Assembly: GCA_036845085.1 (NCBI GenBank)
Contig: DAIUEN010000021.1
Coordinates: 1-9,921 of the forward strand
Length of the DNA: 9,921 nt
Source of the DNA: Candidatus Nanopusillus sp.
GTDB taxonomy: Archaea > Nanobdellota > Nanobdellia > Nanobdellales > Nanobdellaceae
Direction: 5' to 3'
The translations under genes and the position numbers were made by a program. Below the pieces are notes generated by a model. That model had not been told where the DNA came from and did not search any database. It saw only the letters and a list, made by a program, of their open reading frames with translations. This document shows, piece after piece, positions 6,167-9,921 of this stretch (the stretch's first letter is position 1; each line of letters begins with the position of its first letter).

Positions 6167-7814
6167 TATAATATTTCAAAAGTTTAGTTAGGCTAATTTC
6201 AAATCCAACCAATGGATATTTTATGTCCAATATTTCTAAAATTTCTGGATTTATTTCACCAATCCATCCAACTACTTCGCTATTTATAAAAATACTTCCT
6301 TGTCTTCCGCTTATTAAATATTTATAGTTAGAATCTACTAATTTAAATTCTAAATTTAACTCTATAAATAATCTTTCTAAAACGCTTTTAGCATCACTAA
6401 ATGTAACTTTGTAATTAGAGTATATGTATAATACAGAATCTTCTTCGATAATTTTATTATTTTCTAAATATGCTATTCTACCAACTTCAAATATTTTTGA
6501 TGGAAATCTCATTTCTTTAGATTCTGATAATAATTGCAAAAAAGATGTTAATAATGATATTCTTACTGAATTATAATTTGAAGATACAGGATTTATAATC
6601 TCTACTATTTCTTTATCTTCTTTTAATAGTTCATTTATAGATTTTTTTGATAACACTGGAGTATATATTTCAATACATTTCATGTTTGTCATAATATCTC
6701 TTATTTTATTTATTAGCTTTCTTCTTTTGCTTAATTTTCCTTTAGTATATATATTTGGAACTTTTGGAACTATATTATTATATCCATAAGCTATGAGAAT
6801 TTCTTCAATTATATCATATTCCGATATAATATCGTTTCTATAATTTAGATACCCTATAATCATTTTGTCATTTTCGATAATAGCATTAATTCTTTTCTTC
6901 TTTAACAATTCTATAATTTCTTTATCTTCAATTTTTATTCCTAAATATTTCTTTATTTTAAAATAGTCAAATTCTCGCTTAATAACTTCTAATTTAGGAG
7001 CTATAATTTCTTTATCCGAATAAATAATTCTTACTGAATATATTTCTCCACCATAATCTGCAAGTGTCGTAACAATAACATTTAAAGTTATTAATAAAGA
7101 TTCCAAATCTGTTCCAGATACATCTATAAATATATTTTTACTATCTGTTGTTATTTTTCCAATATTGTTAGAATTTATTACTGGAGGCATAGAAATAACT
7201 TCATTCTTGGAATCTAAAAGTAGTGGATAATATTCTTTATCTTTTATAAGGTATCCATATTCTTGACCGGCTTTCGTCTTTTCTAAAATTTCATCTAAAT
7301 ATAATTCTGTTTCATAATTCAATGGTGTAAATTTATATTCATTTGGTTTTACCGCCTTATAAAAAACAGGAAATTTTATTAAATCGAAATTGTGCAATCC
7401 TATTGCAATTTTCTGTCTTCTTCTTCCAAAAGATGTGGATATTTTTTCTTGTAGCTGTATTATATCTTTAACTAGATTATCATTTAATTTTACATTTTTT
7501 ACTACAGCACCTACAATATAGGGTCTTATGTTGGATAATTTTGGATCTACAAAAATTTTGTAGTCAGAGTCGTATACATTATATCTGGGAATTCCAGATT
7601 CTATACTTAACAATCCTTTTAATTCTCTAGCTAATCCTGCTGTAGAATATAAGTCTATTCTATAGAAATCTTTTACTTCTATTTTGGCTTTTTTATTCTT
7701 TATTTCTTCTAGTTCACATTTGATGTTTAGTAAAATATTTTTAAGTTCTTCTTCCGATAAATTTCTACCAACTAATTTGTAAAGTTCATCTAAATCTATT
7801 TCAATAACTGCCAC
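6156..7814 (-). CDS. pheT: Phenylalanyl-tRNA synthetase beta subunit (archaeal type)
   Basis: The 552-aa length fits. The N-terminus (M)AVIEIDLDELYKLVGRNLSEEELKNILLNIKCELEE follows the archaeal PheT pattern, and B3_4-like FGRRRQKIAIGLHNFDLIKFPVFYKA is present. The start codon is GTG (revcomp of 7812-7814), 5 nt after the eS26 stop. Confidence 0.95.
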   Translation of the reverse strand: MAVIEIDLDELYKLVGRNLSEEELKNILLNIKCELEEIKNKKAKIEVKDFYRIDLYSTAGLARELKGLLSIESGIPRYNVYDSDYKIFVDPKLSNIRPYIVGAVVKNVKLNDNLVKDIIQLQEKISTSFGRRRQKIAIGLHNFDLIKFPVFYKAVKPNEYKFTPLNYETELYLDEILEKTKAGQEYGYLIKDKEYYPLLLDSKNEVISMPPVINSNNIGKITTDSKNIFIDVSGTDLESLLITLNVIVTTLADYGGEIYSVRIIYSDKEIIAPKLEVIKREFDYFKIKKYLGIKIEDKEIIELLKKKRINAIIENDKMIIGYLNYRNDIISEYDIIEEILIAYGYNNIVPKVPNIYTKGKLSKRRKLINKIRDIMTNMKCIEIYTPVLSKKSINELLKEDKEIVEIINPVSSNYNSVRISLLTSFLQLLSESKEMRFPSKIFEVGRIAYLENNKIIEEDSVLYIYSNYKVTFSDAKSVLERLFIELNLEFKLVDSNYKYLISGRQGSIFINSEVVGWIGEINPEILEILDIKYPLVGFEISLTKLLKYYNDI

Positions 7815-7819
7815 AACAA

Positions 7820-8080
7820 TTAAATTTCTATTCCTAACTTTTTCAATATATCTTTTTCTTTCATTCTATCTCGTATATCTTTTTTAGATATATTTCTATA
7901 TCTAGCACAAGCAGGACATATATAAACTTTTACAGGATTTGTAATAATAAATGCTGGTTCTTGTCCTTCTGGAACATCTGGTTTCAATCTAGCGCTAATA
8001 TTTAATACTATTGCTTTGTCTAGCCTCGTCATTCTTCCACAATAATAGCATCTTACATATTGGAATCTTTTGTCTTTCAT
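7820..8080 (-). CDS. rps26e: Ribosomal protein eS26 (S26e)
   Basis: The 86-aa sequence carries YVRCYYCGRMTRLDKAI (V.C..CGR....DKAI) and VYICPACARYRNI (Y.C..CA.H pattern), matching the eS26 zinc-ribbon architecture. The N-terminal basic extension is shorter than in the homologues I remember. Confidence 0.7.
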   Translation of the reverse strand: MKDKRFQYVRCYYCGRMTRLDKAIVLNISARLKPDVPEGQEPAFIITNPVKVYICPACARYRNISKKDIRDRMKEKDILKKLGIEI

Positions 8081-8165
8081 GGTCTTAAATATAATTTTTT
8101 TAATTCTTTAGCCATAAAATTATAGATTAAAAGAAAAAGATTTTAAATTTAATTAAAACTTTAAA

Positions 8166-8182
8166 AAAGAAAGATTTATAAT
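8166..8182 (+). promoter_or_regulatory. Candidate BRE/TATA promoter for serS (AAAGAAAGA-TTTATAAT), implying a leaderless or near-leaderless mRNA
   Basis: TTTATAAT at 8175-8182 is preceded by a purine-rich BRE-like run. The TATA centre is about 27 nt upstream of the ATG at 8205, the usual archaeal TATA-to-TSS spacing. No Shine-Dalgarno motif lies in between. Confidence 0.45.
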
Positions 8183-8204
8183 AATATAATGGTATATCGG
8201 TCAA

Positions 8205-9779
8205 ATGGGGTTTCCGGTAGACATAGACTTCTTGAGGGAAAATAGGAAAATATATGAAGAGACTTTTAAAAAGAGAGGTTTAGATACTTTTTTGATTGAT
8301 AAAGCTTTAGAACTTGATGAAAAAAGAAGGGAATTACAGAAAGAAATAGATAGACTGAAACATAAAAAAAATTTACTTTCAAAACTTTTTGGATATGCAA
8401 AACAATATTTAGAAGGAAAGATTCAAAGAATAGATTTTATTAATAAAGCGATAGAAATTGGCTACGATATACACGAAGGAGATATAGATGAAAGTTTTTT
8501 AGAAAAATTAAAAAATGATATTTCAGAATTAAATAATATAATTAATTTTAAAGAATTAGAATATAATCGGGTAAATGAAGAGGTGATAAGTTTACTTTGG
8601 AAGTTTCCAAATCTTATTTCTCCAGATGTACCTATAGGAGATGAAAGTAATAACACTCCAGTTAGATTTTGGGGTATTCCAAGAGTAAATAATATAGAAT
8701 TATTCAAAGAGCAAACTGAAAAATTTGGATGGAAAATAGTAGAACTAAATGAAATTATAAATAAAAAAGAATATGAAAAATATATAAAAGATAAGGAATT
8801 ATTAAAAGAATTATATTATATATTATCTTATGAAACAACATTTAGGGAAATAAATTATAATAATGTATTAGATTTTGAGAAATTAAACGAAGATAAAATA
8901 GTTCCGTATATATATTTAAATAAAGAATTCAAACACCAATATGATCTATTAAGAGAATTTGGTTTATATGATTCTGATAAAGCTGGAGAAGTTTCTGGTT
9001 CTAGATTTTACTTCGAGTTCGGTATGTTAGGATTATTAGATTTAGGATTAAGTTTAGAAGGTATCAAATTTATGATTAAAAAAGGATATAAGTTAGTAAT
9101 ACCACCATATATGTTAAAAGGATCTATATTAGAAGGAATAATTACTATAGATGATTTTGCAGATATGATGTATAAGATAGAGGGGGAAGATTTATACCTC
9201 ATAGGTACAGCAGAGCATCCTATTACTGCATTATATTATGATTCAATAATAGAAGAAAAAGATCTACCAATAAAAATTGTTGGATGGAGTCCTTGTTTTA
9301 GAAAAGAAGCTGGAGCGCATGGAAAAGATACTAAGGGTCTATTTAGATTGCATCAATTTCATAAAGTAGAACAATATATATTTTGCAAACCAGAAGACTC
9401 TGAAAAATATCATCAAGAATTAATAAAAAATGCTCAAGAATTTCTAGAACTATTAAATATACCATATAGAACAGTAATTATTGCTTCTATGGATATGGGA
9501 AAAAGAAATTATAAGCAATACGATATTGAAGGTTGGTTCCCAGGACAACAAAAGTATAGAGAGGTAATTTCGGGATCTAATGTTACAGATTGGCAATCTA
9601 GACGAAGTAATATTAGGTTTAGAGATAAAGATAACAAACTAAAATATGTACATACTTTAAACTGTACTCTTACTGCAGTCCAAAGAACCTTAGCATGTAT
9701 ATTAGAAAATTACTATGATTTGAAAGATAATAAAATTAATCTTCCAGGAGTATTAGAAAGGTATAAACTGCTAGAGTAA
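8205..9779 (+). CDS. serS: Seryl-tRNA synthetase (class II) with enlarged N-terminal arm and linker region
   Basis: The N-terminus VDIDFLRENRKIYEETFKKRG follows the SerRS start pattern. Also present are FPNLISPDVPIGDESNNTPVRFWG, AGEVSGSRFYF, motif 2 FRKEAGAHGKDTKGLFRLHQFHKVEQ, SGSNVTDWQSRR, and motif 3 HTLNCTLTAVQRTLACILENY. At 524 aa it is longer than the ~425-460 aa of typical SerRS. Confidence 0.95.
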   Translation: MGFPVDIDFLRENRKIYEETFKKRGLDTFLIDKALELDEKRRELQKEIDRLKHKKNLLSKLFGYAKQYLEGKIQRIDFINKAIEIGYDIHEGDIDESFLEKLKNDISELNNIINFKELEYNRVNEEVISLLWKFPNLISPDVPIGDESNNTPVRFWGIPRVNNIELFKEQTEKFGWKIVELNEIINKKEYEKYIKDKELLKELYYILSYETTFREINYNNVLDFEKLNEDKIVPYIYLNKEFKHQYDLLREFGLYDSDKAGEVSGSRFYFEFGMLGLLDLGLSLEGIKFMIKKGYKLVIPPYMLKGSILEGIITIDDFADMMYKIEGEDLYLIGTAEHPITALYYDSIIEEKDLPIKIVGWSPCFRKEAGAHGKDTKGLFRLHQFHKVEQYIFCKPEDSEKYHQELIKNAQEFLELLNIPYRTVIIASMDMGKRNYKQYDIEGWFPGQQKYREVISGSNVTDWQSRRSNIRFRDKDNKLKYVHTLNCTLTAVQRTLACILENYYDLKDNKINLPGVLERYKLLE

Positions 9780-9789
9780 TCTTATTTAA

Positions 9790-9805
9790 TTTTTATAAAC
9801 TTTTT
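9790..9805 (+). terminator. Oligo-T tracts after serS (candidate archaeal terminator); overlaps a TATA-like TTTTATAA for the next ORF
   Basis: Two T5 runs (9790-9794 and 9801-9805) lie within 30 nt of the serS stop, and archaeal termination uses oligo-T. TTTTATAA at 9791-9798 is also ~20-26 nt upstream of the ATGs at 9815 and 9821. The AT-rich background weakens both readings. Confidence 0.3.
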
Positions 9806-9814
9806 CTTATATTT

Positions 9815-9921
9815 ATGATTATGGATAACATAAGAAGAATAATGTTTTTATTGGGTTTTGGGTTGTTCTTACCACATATCTTTTCTTATACCATATTGCA
9901 TAAGAGCGAAGTATATAGTCC
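9815..9921 (+). CDS. 5' end of an ORF running off the right edge; predicted N-terminal signal or membrane segment
   Basis: Hand translation from the ATG at 9815 gives MIMDNIRRIMFLLGFGLFLPHIFSYTILHKSEVYS.. with no stop before the window ends. It reads as a basic head (RR) followed by a hydrophobic stretch. The alternative start at 9821 fits the TATA spacing better. The fragment is too short to be sure it is coding. Confidence 0.3.
   Translation, partial: MIMDNIRRIMFLLGFGLFLPHIFSYTILHKSEVYS

Noticed and set aside
5688-6191. 167-aa plus-strand ORF antisense to pheS and the pheS/pheT junction
   Set aside because: Its product is low-complexity and F/S/I/L-rich. This is the expected mirror image of K/E/I/N-rich codons (AAA/GAA/ATA read as TTT/TTC/TAT on the other strand), which seldom create stops. 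It lies entirely within two confidently identified aaRS genes and has no motif or promoter of its own.
8143-8152. Perfect 10-nt palindrome TTAAATTTAA in the eS26/serS spacer as an operator site
   Set aside because: Pure A/T palindromes of this length are expected by chance in a spacer that is almost entirely A/T, and I found no second copy.
8462-8707. 81-aa minus-strand ORF antisense to serS
   Set aside because: It is embedded in the confidently identified SerRS gene and has the composition typical of an antisense artefact.
8685-8924. SerRS insertion as an intein or mobile insertion
   Set aside because: It is too short for an intein. It has no Cys/Ser at the N-terminal junction, no terminal His-Asn plus nucleophile, and no homing-endonuclease motifs. 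Its composition matches the host gene.
9008-9202. 64-aa minus-strand ORF antisense to serS
   Set aside because: It lies inside the SerRS catalytic-core coding region and has no independent evidence.
1-9921. Search for CRISPR repeats, long direct or inverted repeats, transposase/integrase genes, and tRNA/rRNA or GC-rich structured-RNA islands
   Set aside because: I saw no regularly spaced repeats and no recombinase-like ORFs. All spacers are short (35-124 nt) and A/T-rich. The only locally GC-richer stretch (about 8191-8240) is the serS start region and forms no convincing cloverleaf or long stem.

Overview
Very AT-rich (about 22-25% GC by eye), tightly packed archaeal chromosomal segment, mostly translation and tRNA-maturation housekeeping genes. 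The minus strand carries a five-gene string with almost no intergenic space: ribosomal protein eS26, PheRS beta (GTG start), PheRS alpha, an uncharacterised Pol-beta-type nucleotidyltransferase with a helical HEPN/KNTase_C-like tail, and the KEOPS kinase Bud32. Downstream of it on the same strand lie a small orphan zinc-ribbon ORF and a divergent ORF resembling RNase P protein Rpp30. Seryl-tRNA synthetase is transcribed divergently on the plus strand and carries an insertion of about 70-80 aa. The left 2.2 kb differs in character. It holds two overlapping plus-strand ORFs for Tyr/Asn-rich proteins dense in N-x-S/T sequons; the first has a LamG/ConA-like signature and the second an N-terminal hydrophobic anchor, so together they look like a surface glycoprotein module. 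TATA-like boxes sit about 23-36 nt upstream of the independent start codons and no Shine-Dalgarno motifs are visible, which suggests leaderless mRNAs. I found no rRNA, tRNA, CRISPR array, transposase or GC-rich structured-RNA island. The most interesting items are the surface-protein pair, the nucleotidyltransferase embedded between pheS and bud32, and the SerRS insertion. All functional calls rest on motif recognition by eye; no database search was run.
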